This document shows, piece after piece, positions 1-14,442 of a DNA stretch of 63,450 nt. This DNA is from Pseudovirgaria hyperparasitica (lineage: Eukaryota): NCBI GenBank assembly GCA_010093815.1, contig ML996579.1; one strand, 5' to 3'. Made by a program: the position numbers and the translations under genes. The notes beneath the pieces were generated by a model that was given only the letters and a program-made list of their open reading frames with translations, ran no database searches and was not told the DNA's origin. Every line of letters starts with the position of its first letter. The stretch's first letter is position 1.

Positions 1-2388
1 TATAGACTCTATAGTAGAACCTAATAGAACTCTATAGAAGTTCGTGTTTCTAAAGACCTCTAGAAGTTTCTAGAGGGTTCTAGAAACTTCTATAAGAGTA
101 TAGAGTATTTATATATATAAGTAGATAATATTAGTAATATCGATTACTAATATTAAGCTATTCCTAATAAGGAAATACCTTATATAAACTTATTAGATAT
201 AGTAGAGGTTAAGTTTACAAATTTATATATTATATATATAATAGATTATAAGGTTATTATATATATAAAACTTATATATATAAAACTTATATTTCTTCTA
301 TAGATATTCTTAGTATTAAAGCTATTCTAGCTATACTATCTATTAGTATAGTAATTTATATCTAAGTACTAGAGTATTTTTTCTAGATAAGGTCTTTCTA
401 GATCTTTAATAGACTAGTCTTAATCTAGTCTAATCTAGATTCTAGGTTTAACTCTAGTATCTATTTTACTTCTATAGTAAGTTTTTAGATATTCTAGATT
501 AGACTCTAGAAGATACTAAGAAGAGTAGTCTCTCTCTTTTTAACTTCTCTCTCTATATATACTATCTAGTAGTTAATCTTATTTATAAGGGTTTCTCTAA
601 GTAGAATCCCTTCTATTTTAATTATCTATAGTATTTTATATTCTTAGCTATTCTTTATTTTCTAGATAGAAGTTTAGTTATTCTAGAATATACTACTATA
701 TAGCTATTTTTATTATATTAGTAGTAGGGATATACCTAGTAGAAGCTAGGGTATATTAGTATCTAAGACTACTATAATTATTAGTTAAGGGCTATTCTTA
801 ACTAATAGAAGAAGATTAGTCTATTAGTATTTTATTATAGTAGTCTATATTTATACCTTTAAAGATATATTATATACTATATATATATAAGAGGCTATAA
901 AGTCTTATAAACCATATCTATATTATTATAGCTAGGTAATACCTCTTTAGAGGTAGTAAGAGGTTTAGAGTAGTATTAAGAGTAACCTTATTATTACTAG
1001 ATAGATAGTTATAGAGTTTTTATAATATATTACTCTATAAGAACTATACTATAATAAACTAGCTAGAATAGTATATACTTCTATTCTATTCTTAATTAAT
1101 ATATTAAGAGAAGTCTATAAGAATACTAGAATAAGAAAACTATTTAATATACTATTACTATATTAAAAGTAGATCTAAATCTATTTTATTATATAGATAG
1201 AGAAAGTAGAAGTTCTAGTAGTATAATAGAATACCTTAAGACTTAAATAGCTCTAGATATATAAGAATTAATAAGAAATTATATTAAGAGTAACTATAAA
1301 CTACTACTAATAAACTTATTAAGGCTAACTCTTCTATAGTATTAAACTAAAAAACTTCTTTATACTCTAAGAGACTAAAATAGTTAACTTAGGGCGATAT
1401 AATAATTTCTATACATTAATTAATAGAGTATACTAAGTATAATAACCTCTAATATACGTATGTACGTATAGTATATAAGATATAATAATACTAATATATA
1501 GAGATACCGTATATATACACTTAAAAACTCTTTAAAGATATAAGTATAGACTACTACTACTAAATACTAATATACTAACTCTCTTTTATTAGTTAAGGGT
1601 AGCCCTTAACTAATAATTATAGAGGCCTTAGACGCTAATATACCCTAGCTTCCGCTAGGTATATCCCTAACCCTAGTATAGTAGAAATAGCTATATAGTA
1701 GAATATCCTAGGACGATTAAACCCCTGTCTAAAAAGTAATAAATAACTAAGGGTATAGAGTACTATAGATAAAGAAGAAAGAGAGAACCCTATCTAGAGA
1801 TACTCTTCTAGATAAAATTAACTACTAGATAGTATATATAGAGAGGGAGATTAAAAAAGGTAAGACTACCCTTCTTAGTATCTTCTAGAGCCTAGTCTAG
1901 AATATTAAGAAGCGAACTATAAGAGTAAAATAAATACTAGAGATAAGTCTAGAATTAAGGTTAGACTAAATTAAGACTAGTCTACTAAGAATCTAGAAAG
2001 GCCTTATCTAGAAAAAGCGTCTATCTATCTAGGCCTAAGTTATAGTACTATTAGATAGTATAACTAGAATAATCTAAATACTAAGGATATCTATAGAGGA
2101 AGTATATAGTATATAGATTATTATCTAGGATAAGAAAGTCCTTATATAGGTCTAGAAGACATCCCTAAAGGATATTATTAATAAGATTAATAAATATAAA
2201 GGGATATAGTTAAATATAGTTATAGCTAAACTTACCCTAGGAGGTATAGTACTAACTACTACTACTAATATAGTCTAGTAGACTATCTCCCACGACCTAA
2301 ACACGATTAATAATATCTTCTCTAGCGTCTCTATCCGCGCTAATATATATCTAATATAGATATATATAGTTCCTATCTAGAGATATAT

Positions 2389-2616
2389 TATTAGGACTTA
2401 GCCTTAGGTAGGACTCGACCTACACGTACCTTAGCTAACAGGGTTAGGAGGTGACGTGAAGGGCGGTAAATAGTTACGTACTAGATAGATCGGCGTCCCT
2501 TTATATATATACTCTCGGATTCCTACCGAAAGGGTTCGGTAGTAATTCGTTCTATAATAGAATATACCCTATTATTCTATCTAGCTATACTACTATCTAA
2601 TAACCCTATTCTTACA
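2389..2616 (+). repeat. 5' LTR of Gypsy copy 1
   Basis: Starts TA (inferred RIPped TG) and ends CA; near-identical to 14926-15153, 16486-16713, 23895-24122 and the reverse complement of 57203-57430. Confidence 0.93.
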
Positions 2617-5600
2617 TTCGAATTACTCCCCATATAGTACTATAGCTAAGATGGTCTAACTAGAACCAAGAAGGTTAACACGATCCACTATAGGGATAAG
2701 TAACACTACATTAAATAATAGGGATCCTCTATAATCGGTATTAAATCCGGCCGTTCTTAATAGAGAAGTAGAGATGTCCGACTAAATCACGGAACTTTCT
2801 AATAAGGAAATAGTAGATATACTAAGCTACTTCCCACGATAGGAAGCTAGACAACGAGTCGTGGTAGAGCTACATAAGGAATCGTAACTATTAATCGCCG
2901 AACTATAGAAGTATATTACTAATTAAGCCTAAGAGATATAGATCCTTAAAGAATAGACCGAACGTGCGAAACTCCTCGTAAAACGATAAGAACTTAACGA
3001 GTCTCTTAAAAGACTATATAGAGCGATAATAGCTAAACGATAGCCTATACCAATCTAGGCGGAATTAATTTATCCCCTACTAGAATTACGATAATCTACT
3101 ATAGTTCCGGCTACTTCACTACCGACTTACCCTATCCCGTCCCTAGGTATACCGAAACCTAAAGATCTAACTATATTTATAGAGAAGAACCAAAAGGAGT
3201 AGAAAGATTAGAAGAGAGACTACGAGAAGTACTTCCTTAATAACTCTATACTCTTTTCTACCGAAGTATAACGCATTTTATTCGGAGAACGTTACTTAGG
3301 TTTATAATCCCGCGATTAATAGAATAGATAGAAGGAAGTCAAGCTACTATCGGCGATAACCTAGGAATATTTAGCTATATTTATACTAAATACCCTCGGA
3401 ACTAACGGAGAACGCGAAAGAAAGGCACTATCTAAGTTAAGAAGCGTGGTATAACGACCGAACTAGACACCTACTTAACTACTATAATACCTATAAAACC
3501 TCTAGAATAATATCCCTATACTATAGGAAAATATTCGTATATTCTAGTTTCGCGAAGTACTACTTCCATTAATCCGCGAAAGACTAGGAATAGTATTATT
3601 AAGTTTTAACTATCTATACGAANNNNNNNNNNNNNNNNNNNNNNNNNNNNNNNNNNNNNNNNNNNNNNNNNNNNNNNNNNNNNNNNNNNNNNNNNNNNNN
3701 NNNNNNNNNNNNNNNNNNNNNNNNNNNNNNNNNNNNNNNNNNNNNNNNNNNNNNNNNNNNNNNNNNNNNNNNNNNNNNNNNNNNNNNNNNNNNNNNNNNN
3801 NNNNNNNNNNNNNNNNNNNNNNNNNNNNNNNNNNNNNGAAACGCGTTAAGAGAATACCGAAATAATCGAGGCGGTACTTCTTAACACGGAAAAGAATAAG
3901 GTATAGGCTTAAATATAACGCCTATCGTAAAACAGCAGGATTATAGCGCACTTTATTACTATAAGTATAGAGAAAAGGGATATATTTCGCCTAACTATAA
4001 GAATCCGAAAAAAGAATAGGCTAGTACGCGAGACCTAACCGCGTTCTTAGCTAAATTATATATACTTAGGAGGAGCCGTAGCGCCTTCCGGCGAGTAAAG
4101 ACCTAATATTACTAAAAGTATCATTACCTATAGTAAATAGTAATAAAACTATATAGACCCTCGTAGATACTAGTATAGAAGATAACTATATTTCGTTAAT
4201 TCTTACTAAGGAGTATAGATTATCGTACGATCTCGGTAAAGTTAGCCGAACTATTATAGTTAATAGATATAAAGTTAGAACTTTAGGTAAAACTATAACG
4301 AATTACGAAGTTCATAACTTAAAGATAATAAAATAGTAGATGTCTAATGAATTTATCGTGGCTAATATTAGCTAATAGAATATAATTCTAGGGATGCCTT
4401 AGCTTAAACGCCTAAACGTCTAAATCTAATCCTTAATTTTTAGAAGAAGATATTAACGTTCCGTCGACATCGCGGTAAATTATACTAGTAAGTCGTAACC
4501 ATTAGTAAGGAGGCATAGAACCTCGCCGTGCAGACCCGATCGTCGCTAATCTATCTTATATCTCTATTAATCGTCGATGAAGATAAAGAGAATAGTAATA
4601 ATTAGGGTAAAGACACGCTACCCGACGTATATTCATAGTATACGGATATGTTTTCGGTAGGAGACGCGTCACTTCTCCCTAACCATAGGCCGTATAAGCT
4701 AAAGATCGAGCTCGAAGAGGGAGTAGACGTCCCTTATAGTCTACTTTACCTACTTTTAAGACTAGAACTTAAAGTTCTTCATAAATATATTAAAGAATAT
4801 CTTAGAAGAGGCTAGATACATTATAGTACGTTATTAGCCGGCGTATCTATTCTCTTTGTGAAGAAGAAAGATAGAAGTTTATATCTATACGTCGACTATC
4901 GAGTACTAAATACGGTGACTAAGAAGAATTATTACCCATTACCGTTAGTTAGTAAATCTTTAGACTAATTAATAAAGGTAAAGTACTTTACGAAGCTAGA
5001 TTTACGAGATATATATTACCGGCTTCGAATCCGTCGCGGAGATAAGTAGAAAACCGCATTTCGGACTAGATATAGTCATTTTAAGTATACTATTATGCCG
5101 TTTAGGCTAATAAATGCGCTAGGAGCGTTCTAAGAATATATTAATACTATACTTACAGGATTACTTAATATAATCTACGTAGTTTACCTCGATAACATAC
5201 TAATTTACTCTGATAGTATATAGGATCACGAAGAATACGTGAAATCGGTGCTAAATCATTTAAGATAGTATAAACTCTATATAAAGTTATCTAAATATAA
5301 GTTTCACTAATAAGAAGTTAGGTTTCTCGGCTTTATTATAATACACGGCGGCCTTAAAATAGAGCTAGAGCGTATTAAGACCATTATAGAATAGCTAGAA
5401 TCTACTACTATACGTTAAATTAGGACGTTCATAGGTTTCGTGAACTATTATCGTAAATTTATTATAGGTTTCTCACGAATTACGGCGCCGCTTAATAAAC
5501 TTACCGAAAATGGCGGTAAAATCTCTATAGGTGGGCGAGTATAGCGTAAAGCGGAGTTAGTTAACATATAGTTAACGCTAGAAGCGCGAGATACGTTCCG

Positions 5601-6555
5601 ATCGTTAAAGAATTACTTTATAACTATACCGATCCTTAGATATTTCGATCCTAAGAAGTATATTTGGGTTGAAATAGACGCATCTAGATTTATAATTACT
5701 AGAATCATTAGTTAACCGTATAAAGATACGAAAGATAAGGTGCAATAGCACCCGGTCGCCTTCTTTTCCCGTAAAATAGCGGATATAGAGACGCGTTATA
5801 ACACGTACGACTAGGAACTACTCGTAATTATTAAGAGTTTTAAGTAATAGTAATATTATTTAGAAGGCTCCGCATATTAGATTGAATTATTATTAGATTA
5901 CGTAAATCTATATTACTTTATATCGACTAAGGTCCTTAATCGCCGATAAGTACGTTAGGCTAAGTAGATGTTAATATTTAACTTTAAAATCTTATATAAA
6001 GCTAGAAGAGAGAATAAAGTAGATTCTCTATTACGGTATAAAGATTACGAGAAATCGTTATAGAATAACGTAGATAGTCGGTATAATTTAGACTATACTA
6101 TACTATAGATACTAAAAGACTAGTTATCTAATAGAGTGTCGGAAGCTAGGACACTTTCGGTAACTCTCCGCGGGAATTAGAGCGGGTATTAAGTAATCTA
6201 AACTAACGTCTAAGAAACAGAGTAAATCCTTAAAGACTTAATTAAATCTACCTAGAATTCCGATATATTAGTAAAGAAAGTTATAAGCATGAAGGGAATC
6301 GCTATAGAACCGCCGTGGAAAAAAACTTCTCACACCCTAACGGACTAAACTAGTCAATTCGGGGCAAAACAGCGATTTATATACATTAAACGATAGAGTA
6401 TACCGAGTATAACAACCTCCGACACACGTGTGTACGTACAGCGTATAATACGCGACGATACCGACATATAGAGACACTATATACATACGCTTAAAGACTC
6501 TTCGACAACACGAGCATAGACCACATCCAATAAACGCCGACACGCCGACCCCCTT

Positions 6556-6586
6556 TTATTAGTTAAGGGCTGCCCTTAACTAATAA
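6556..6586. repeat. 31-bp perfect palindrome (15-bp arms) immediately 5' of the LINE ORF1 ATG
   Basis: ttattagttaagggc-t-gcccttaactaataa; ATG at 6589. Confidence 0.95.
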
Positions 6587-9500
6587 TCATGGCGGCCTTA
6601 GGCACCGACGTACCCCGGCTTCCACCGGGTATACCCCTAATACTAGTACGGTAGAAACGGCTATATAGCGGCATATCCTAGGACGATTAAACCCCCGTCT
6701 AATAAACGACGAATAACCAAGGGCGTATAACGCCATAGATAATAGAGACGGAGGGGACCCCGCCCGGGGAGACCCTCCCGGATAAGATTAACCACTAGGT
6801 AGCACGTGTAGAGAGGGAAGTCGAGAAGGGAGAAACGGCCCTCCTTAGTATCTTCCGGAACCTCGTCCGGAATATTAGGGAGCTTACTATAGGAGTAAAA
6901 TAGACACCGGAATTAGACCCGGAATCTAGACTAGATCGTATAGAGGCTAGCCTATAGAGGATCTAGGAGGGCCTCACCTAGGGAAAACGCCCTAGCACGT
7001 GGGTATAGATCGCCGTACCTATAAGCGGAACAGCCATGTTAGCTAAAACACTAAGGGCACCTACGGACGGGGCATATAGTATATAAGTCGCTATCTAGAA
7101 TAAAGAAGTACTCGTATAAGTCTAGTAAGCGTCCCTAAAGGACATTATAAATAAGATTAACGAATAGAAAGGGATGTAGTTAAATATAGTAGCCGCCAAA
7201 CTCACCCTAGGAGGTATAGTACTAACTACTACTACTAACACGGTCTAGTAGACTATCTCGTGCGACCCGAACGCGATTAATAATATCTTCCCTAGCGCGT
7301 CCGTCCACGTAACCACGTACCCGATATAGGTATATACCGTCCCCGTCCGAGGACACGTTATTAGAGAAGATAATATTAAGCGAATAGAGTAATCTAACGA
7401 ACCAAAGTACCCCAGGATTAAGATCGCGAAGGCGTGGTAGAAGAACGTCTAAGGGATTAAGATAAAATCGAAAAAGCACTCTACTATAATAGTAGAGCTT
7501 AGGGACCCCGCTCTCGCCTATAGAATAATATAGGAGGGCTTCCTAGCTGAAGGAGAGCTACTCACGGCGGAACCATGGGATAGGGCATAGGTAATGACGC
7601 AATACTTCAACTATTAGGGATATAGGTATACTAGATAGAGGTGCTCTTAGAAGACCGCCTATAGGTAGTATAAATAGGGCCATAATACTAAGGAATGCCC
7701 TTATAAGACGCAGAGCGACGAGACGCGAGATAGAGACACCGCTAAGTGCTCTAACTACGACGGGAAACACCTATCCTAGTCGGTAACGTACACGAAACGT
7801 AAGTAGGTTATAGAATATATTAACGCGATAAAGACAAGAGGAGCGAGGTAGATATACTAAGCTATAAGGCCCTCGCTGCCCTCGCCGCCATCCCTAACTT
7901 TACTTATAAATCCGGTAACTATCCCCCGAAGGGGAGAGGATAACGCGTAATAGCATACTATATAGAGAAAGATAGGCCGACCCCGGGGCATACTTAAAGC
8001 CGCCACCGCGCGAGGATAATTACGCCTTAGCGCCACTAACATATAGACTCGAACTTTCCCTAGCACCTAATAAGGGTATAAGATATACTTATTATTATAT
8101 AGGCGAACGTATAACATAAACGAGAAAACCAAGCGACGCTCCTAGAAGAGATAGAAGCCGCAATAATAGCCATCTAGGAACCATATAAACACTACTAAAC
8201 CAATAAGCTAATAACACACCTAGGATACTATACTATCCACCCCACGGGCCCGGATAGGAGAGTTATATTTTATATATATAAGTCGATTCTACTCTTAGAA
8301 TGGTCTTATACCGAACGTGATGACCTCCGGATAACGCTACATCTCTAGATAAGTATAGGGCCTATCTATATCTATAATATCTATAATTAATAGCGATCGC
8401 TTACGCTAGACGATATACTAGAGGGCACCACGACGCCGGGATAATATATCCTCCTAGGCGACTTTAATCTCCACCATAGGTGGTAGGGAGGCCCAGCCAT
8501 CGCGAGAGAAGAACTTAGAGTAAGGGAACTATATATATGGTACCACGACTTCCTATACCTCCTTACACCTATAGGGTAGATTACCTAGAGGAAACATAAA
8601 TAGGACGAGGACGGGTCTACGCTTAACCTCACCCTCGCCACTAAGCACATTAGCCATAGAGTATAGTACTACCGCCCGAGCCGGATATAGACGGACTCCG
8701 ACCACGAATACATAGAAACCGTAATAGACGTCTCCACTCTTAACGAATAACGTGGGAAATAGCTATAGAAGGACACCGATTAGGATAAATACCTAGAGGA
8801 CCTAGAATCGGCGATTCTAGACCCCTCCACAGTCGACGTATCTAATAGCCTAGCCATAGATAAGGCCGTGCAAGTCCTCCTTTAAGTATACTAAGTTATA
8901 AGAGATAAATACATACTATACCGAACGTATAGACCCCTAGAAGCGAGGGGTATACCTTAAATGCGAGAGTATAGAAGAGACGCCCGTAGACTATATATAC
9001 ATGCATACTATATCTAGATAACCGAGGCGTAGGAAGAGTAGAAGGAAGCAGTGCGATATCGTAATAGGGCCCTCCGTAATAAACGACGAAAGTAATAGTA
9101 CACGATTACCGATAAACACACACGGTAAGCCGTAGGGCTATGGCGCATAGTAAAGTAGGCTAAGGGTGTAGACGCGCCGACACCGCCGCTACTAATGCCT
9201 CCCCTAATATACTAAGAGAGGATATACTCTATAAGCCCGGAGAAGACGGAGATCTTATATAAAGTTATATTCCCCCTCCCGGAGCTAGTAGACCTATTAG
9301 ATATTAATAATACTAAATACCTAGACGTAATCGATATCCTCTAAGAGGTTACCGAGGAGGATATACTTAACGCCGTTAAAGTACTCCCGAATGATAAGGC
9401 ACCCGGACTAGATAGGATACCGAATAGGTGCCTTAAACGCACTATACTAGCTACCCTACCGCTCATTAGTTATATATTTTAAGTATATATTAAGAACGGA

Positions 9501-11365
9501 TACCACCCCTAAAGCTTCCGGGCCGCCTATACTATTATACTCCCGAAACTAGGGAAGAACTCTAACTCCCCGAAAGGATGGAGGCTAATCGCCCTCCTCT
9601 CCTATCTCGGGAAGATACTAGAGGCTATGATCGCGAAGAAGATAAGCGCCGCAGTATAGGAATATAACCTCCTCCTAGTAAACTAGAAGGCGAAGGCTAG
9701 AAGCTCTCTAATTACCGCTATCTAATATATTCTTAAAGTCGTCTAGACCGTATGGAAGTAGGGACGTGTAGTAACGCTACTCTCCCTCGACATGGCCGGC
9801 GCATTCGATAAAGTAAACTATATAAGACTTATCTATAACTTACGGAAGAGGCGTATACCCGCGTAGATTACGTAGTTTATATAGTCCTTCCTCGCCGAAA
9901 GAGTCACCTAGATATATATCCCCGGATATTAAAGTAAGTATAAGAAGACGGCTTACGGCATCCTATAAGGAAGTACTATCTCCCTAATCCTATTCCTCTT
10001 CTTTACTATAGACCTCCTCTAGGGAATATAATATATAGAGGTAGTAGGGTACGTAGACGATATATACCTTCTAGCTATCGATAATAATACTAGCTAAATA
10101 TATAGACGACTTAAATAAGACCACGGGAGATGCGTCTAATGGGTAAAGCGCTACGGAGTAAAGTTCGCCCCCGAAAAGTACTAACTCATGTACTTTATTA
10201 ACCGCCGTAGGAAATGGGCCACTAGGGAAGGCGAGCGACGCCCTAGAATAGACGCCTTTAACGAACTACCGATATAAAGCATGCGCGTACTTAGCGTTAT
10301 AATCGATAATAAGCTTAAATAGGGACCATAGGTAGTATATACCGTTTCTAGGGCCCTCTAGGTAGAAGCCGCTATACGATGGATTATAGCCTCTATATAG
10401 GGAACCGCCCGGGATAAGGCACGCTAACTATATATATCTATAGCACGACCCGCCTTCACGTACGGACACGAGTGCTAGTACACGGCCCTTATATAGACTA
10501 GGCGAATGAAGCTTAAATCTATATAGAACCGTATACTCCGTCTTATATTAGGCGTATATAAAGCTACTAACACGGTGCTACTACGACGCGAGATAGACGT
10601 TATAAGTATATATAACTTCTACTAGATATAGAGGGTGGTATACTTTACTAAATAATAAGCATAGGAACGTATAGAAAAAGTAGAATATACCTTCGCCGCG
10701 CTACGCGCGTGAGTTAGTATACACTACTAAGTACTCTTATATATAGGCCGGACTCGACTATAGTATAAGTACCTAATAGAAATAGACTCGAACCGAGTAG
10801 TATAAGAGATTAAGAATAACCTAGATACCCTTCTAGACTAATAGAGCCTTCGAGAGCTTGGACGAAGTATACGGTTATAGATCTAAGATAAGTAGAAAGA
10901 GATACTCTAGGCCTAGTAGGCCTCCTAGTAGGATAGGTATCTAGAGTAGATCCGAGGACCATAGAAGGAGCTAAGTAAATAGATATATAAAGGGCTTATA
11001 AAGGCCTAGGTATCTATACTCCTCTAAGCCCGAACGGGCGCTATAGAACTTCTATACTACCTCTATAAGAGAGGCGTCCCTAACGTGTCTCTATGGTATA
11101 AGGCGTGCGGCCGGAGAGGTATAATAGGCCACTATCTCGTAATATACCCTAATCTTCACACGTAAAGGTAGAAGCTTATCTATACGATAAGAACCTCCGA
11201 TATCGTACGATAGCTTAATAAGTACCCTAAGGACGTCGCCCGGTAGATGATTATACACCTACTACTCCTCTAATTCTAGTGGACCTAGAAATATATGCCG
11301 GAAGAGACCCGGTATACGCCGGTAGTAACCCGATATATACCGGAAGAACCCCGGGAGAACCCCGA

Positions 11366-11396
11366 TTATTAGTTAAGGGCAGCCCTTAACTAATAA
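11366..11396. repeat. Same 31-bp palindrome, inverted, at the end of LINE ORF2
   Basis: ttattagttaagggc-a-gcccttaactaataa; also at ~26840, ~30179 and ~32144 in other copies. Confidence 0.95.
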
Positions 11397-13460
11397 CCTC
11401 CGCACCTATACGTACTACCTAAGGGTAAAATAACGGTAATATAGGCTATAGGCTAATAGGTGTACTCTATAGCTATATACTTAAGACGAAATAGAGGCTT
11501 AACGAGATGTAGTTATAGATATAAGGAAGTTTTTCCCTATAGGGTTTCTTCTTACATAGTGGCTTAGACTAGAGGAGGCATAGGCCTGTAGAGTACTACT
11601 CTACCTAGTTATATAATATTATTATTATTATTATTATAGAACCGCCGTGGTTATTAAGGTAGGAACGATAATCGGACGCGATCTACTTCTAAGGCCGACT
11701 CTACGTGCCGGAGGGCGGCTTACGAATTAATATTTTAAGGGAATAGCACGATTACGTATTAGTAGGACACTTTAGCATTATAAGGACGGTCGATTTAATC
11801 CGAAGGATGTATAACTAGCTAGGTCTTTATAAGTATATAAAGGACTACGTAAAAACATGTAACGTTTACTAGTATACGAAAGTATATAGACACTTACTAT
11901 ATAGCGAATTAAGGCTATTGCCTATACTAAATAAGGTATGGAAAGAATTATTAATGGATTTTATCATAGATCTACCCCTAAGTAAGTTTCTTAGGCATGT
12001 TTATAATAGTTTACTCATAGTTCTAGATAGATTTACGAAGATATTATACTATATCTCTATAAGAAAGATAATCTAAGCACCGGATCTTATAGATATACTA
12101 CTTCGTGACGTAGTTCGGCTCTATAGTATACCGAACGGCATAGTTTCGGATAGAGATCTATAGATAATATCTAAGTTTTAGAAGGATTTCTACTATACGC
12201 TAGGAATTAAGCGGAAACTTAGTACTACGTTCCACCTATAAATAGATAGGTAGATAGAGTGGTAGAATTAGATATTTAAGGCGTATTTACGCGTATATTA
12301 TAACTATAAGTAAGATAACTAGGTAAGGTTAGTCTATATCGCGGAATTCGCGTATAATAATAGCCGACATGCGTTAACCCACGTAAGTCCGTTCGAAGTA
12401 AACTTCGGTCGAAACCATAAAGCGTAGTTTATAGGAACTTAGTATAAATTAGAGTAGCCTAACGTTAAGGCAATAGAGATTATAATAGAACTATTCTAAA
12501 CGTAAAGAAGCGTTATAAAGTTATTATAAGATACTATAGATTATAGTAAATCGCACTATAATAAGGGTAGNNNNNNNNNNNNNNNNNNNNNNNNNNNNNN
12601 NNNNNNNNNNNNNNNNNNNNNNNNNNNNNNNNNNNNNNNNNNNNNNNNNNNNNNNNNNNNNNNNNNNNNNNNNNNNNNNNNNNNNNNNNNNNNNNNNNNN
12701 NNNNNNNNNNNNNNNNNNNNNNNNNNNNNNNNNNNNNNNNNNNNNNNNNNNNNNNNNNNNNNNNNNNNNNNNNNNNNNNNNNNNNNNNNNNNNNNNNNNN
12801 NNNNNNNNNNNNNNNNNNNNNNNNNNNNNNNNNNNNNNNNNNNNNNNNNNNNNNNNNNNNNNNNNNNNNNNNNNNNNNNNNNNNNNNNNNNNNNNNNNNN
12901 NNNNNNNNNNNNNNNNNNNNNNNNNNNNNNNNNNNNNNNNNNNNNNNNNNNNNNNNNNNNNNNNNNNNNNNNNNNNNNNNNNNNNNNNNNNNNNNNNNNN
13001 NNNNNNNNNNNNNNNNNNNNNNNNNNNNNNNNNNNNNNNNNNNNNNNNNNNNNNNNNNNNNNNNNNNNNNNNNNNNNNNNNNNNNNNNNNNNNNNNNNNN
13101 NNNNNNNNNNNNNNNNNNNNNNNNNNNNNNNNNNNNNNNNNNNNNNNNNNNNNNNNNNNNNNNNNNNNNNNNNNNNNNNNNNNNNNNNNNNNNNNNNNNN
13201 NNNNNNNNNNNNNNNNNNNNNNNNNNNNNNNNNNNNNNNNNNNNNNNNNNNNNNNNNNNNNNNNNNNNNNNNNNNNNNNNNNNNNNNNNNNNNNNTAAAA
13301 TTAAGAAAGCTAAAAGAAAATATAAAGATCTATATAGATCTATATAAACTCGTACTAATCTATCTAGAAGAAGTAAGATCGCTTTAAAATTAAACCTAAA
13401 AAACTAAAAACACTAGATAAAAGAGATATATTAGCACCGATTAGTATAGATCTAAACCGA

Positions 13461-14442
13461 TTAAGTCGGAGTAGGAGTAGAAGTACTAATTACCGCGATG
13501 GTTATATCTAATTCCTTCTACTAGTTCTTATTTAGTATAGTATAGAGCTTTATAACATAAGTCTCTAGCCTTTCGTTCCGACGCTATAAATTCTATATAG
13601 CGCGCCTTATAGCTATAAACTCCTCTATAGAAACCTATAGAGCGGCGGGACCCGGGACGGAGAGGGACGGACCGGCGCGCGCACGCTAAGAATTATATAA
13701 ATTAGCGAAAAGATTTAACGATCGGTATAGAACTATATACCTTTAGTATAGAAACTTCTAGATTAGAGCCATCTTCCCTAAATTTACGGCTCTTTAGCAC
13801 GCGCGAGGAAGGAACCTTAGCCTTTTTACTAGAACCTTTTCTAGGAATTCTAATATCGCCGGTATATAGAAAGAAGTCCGAAGTAGTAGAGATTTTAGCA
13901 CTATTATAGAGATTAATATATATTAGTAAGAATCTATAACGATTTAAGAAAAACGATGTTACCTAGTAATCGTGGTAATAATAGCTATAGTAGATTCCGA
14001 TAAATCCTTATAGATCTTATTAGAATTATACTCCTAGGCGTAACCCTTGCCTTAGGTATATAGCTCGTAGAAAGCCTTCTCTAAGGCGTTACGATTAGTA
14101 GTACCACGCTCCTTATCGGTAGGGGTTACTAGAGGCCTAGTAGTAATCTATACTAATATAAGTAAATCTACGTAAAGTTCTTTAAACTTACTTAAATACC
14201 TATAAGTAATAACGCTTCTTAGTTATATAAGTACCGTATATTATAGATTTAGTACCGCCGTAAGTAACGTACGATAGAAAGTAATAACCATAATAATATA
14301 TAGCTAGATTATTAGAGCCCGGCCTAGGTCGGCGTAGATTAATGGCTTTCGACATGTCGGTAACGTATATAAGATAGGGATTATTCGAAGGCCCCTATTT
14401 CCGCGCTAATTACTTTAGAGCGTTAAGATTTCGGGAAACCAT
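13461..14442 (-). pseudogene. Antisense spliced accessory gene of Gypsy copy 1 (RIPped)
   Basis: Homologous to 57915-58896; this copy retains the ATG (14442-14440), the intron-1 GT donor and a GCTAAT branch site in intron 3. Confidence 0.7.

Larger units (their letters stand above)
6319..11637 (+). mobile_element. Full-length Tad1-like LINE, among the least RIP-degraded copies in the window
   Basis: TSD tatagaaccgccgtgg at 6303-6318 and 11635-11650 (empty site visible in Gypsy copy 2 at ~20337-20352); ORF1 relic from ATG 6589; APE motif GDFNLHH at 8457; RT motifs P*GS..SP ~9962 and YVDD 10050-10061; C-terminal Zn-knuckle-like relic ~11095-11150; (TTA)n tail. Confidence 0.93.

Noticed and set aside
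6337..8066. Short minus-strand ORFs inside the LINE
   Set aside because: Chance frames antisense to the RIPped 5'UTR/ORF1; I saw no intron-restored frame like that of the Gypsy gene
11388..11440. Possible hammerhead ribozyme core (ctaataa...taaaa as RIPped CTGATGA...GAAA) in the LINE 3' UTR
   Set aside because: Stem II register does not fit the consensus and the motif is already explained as a palindrome arm
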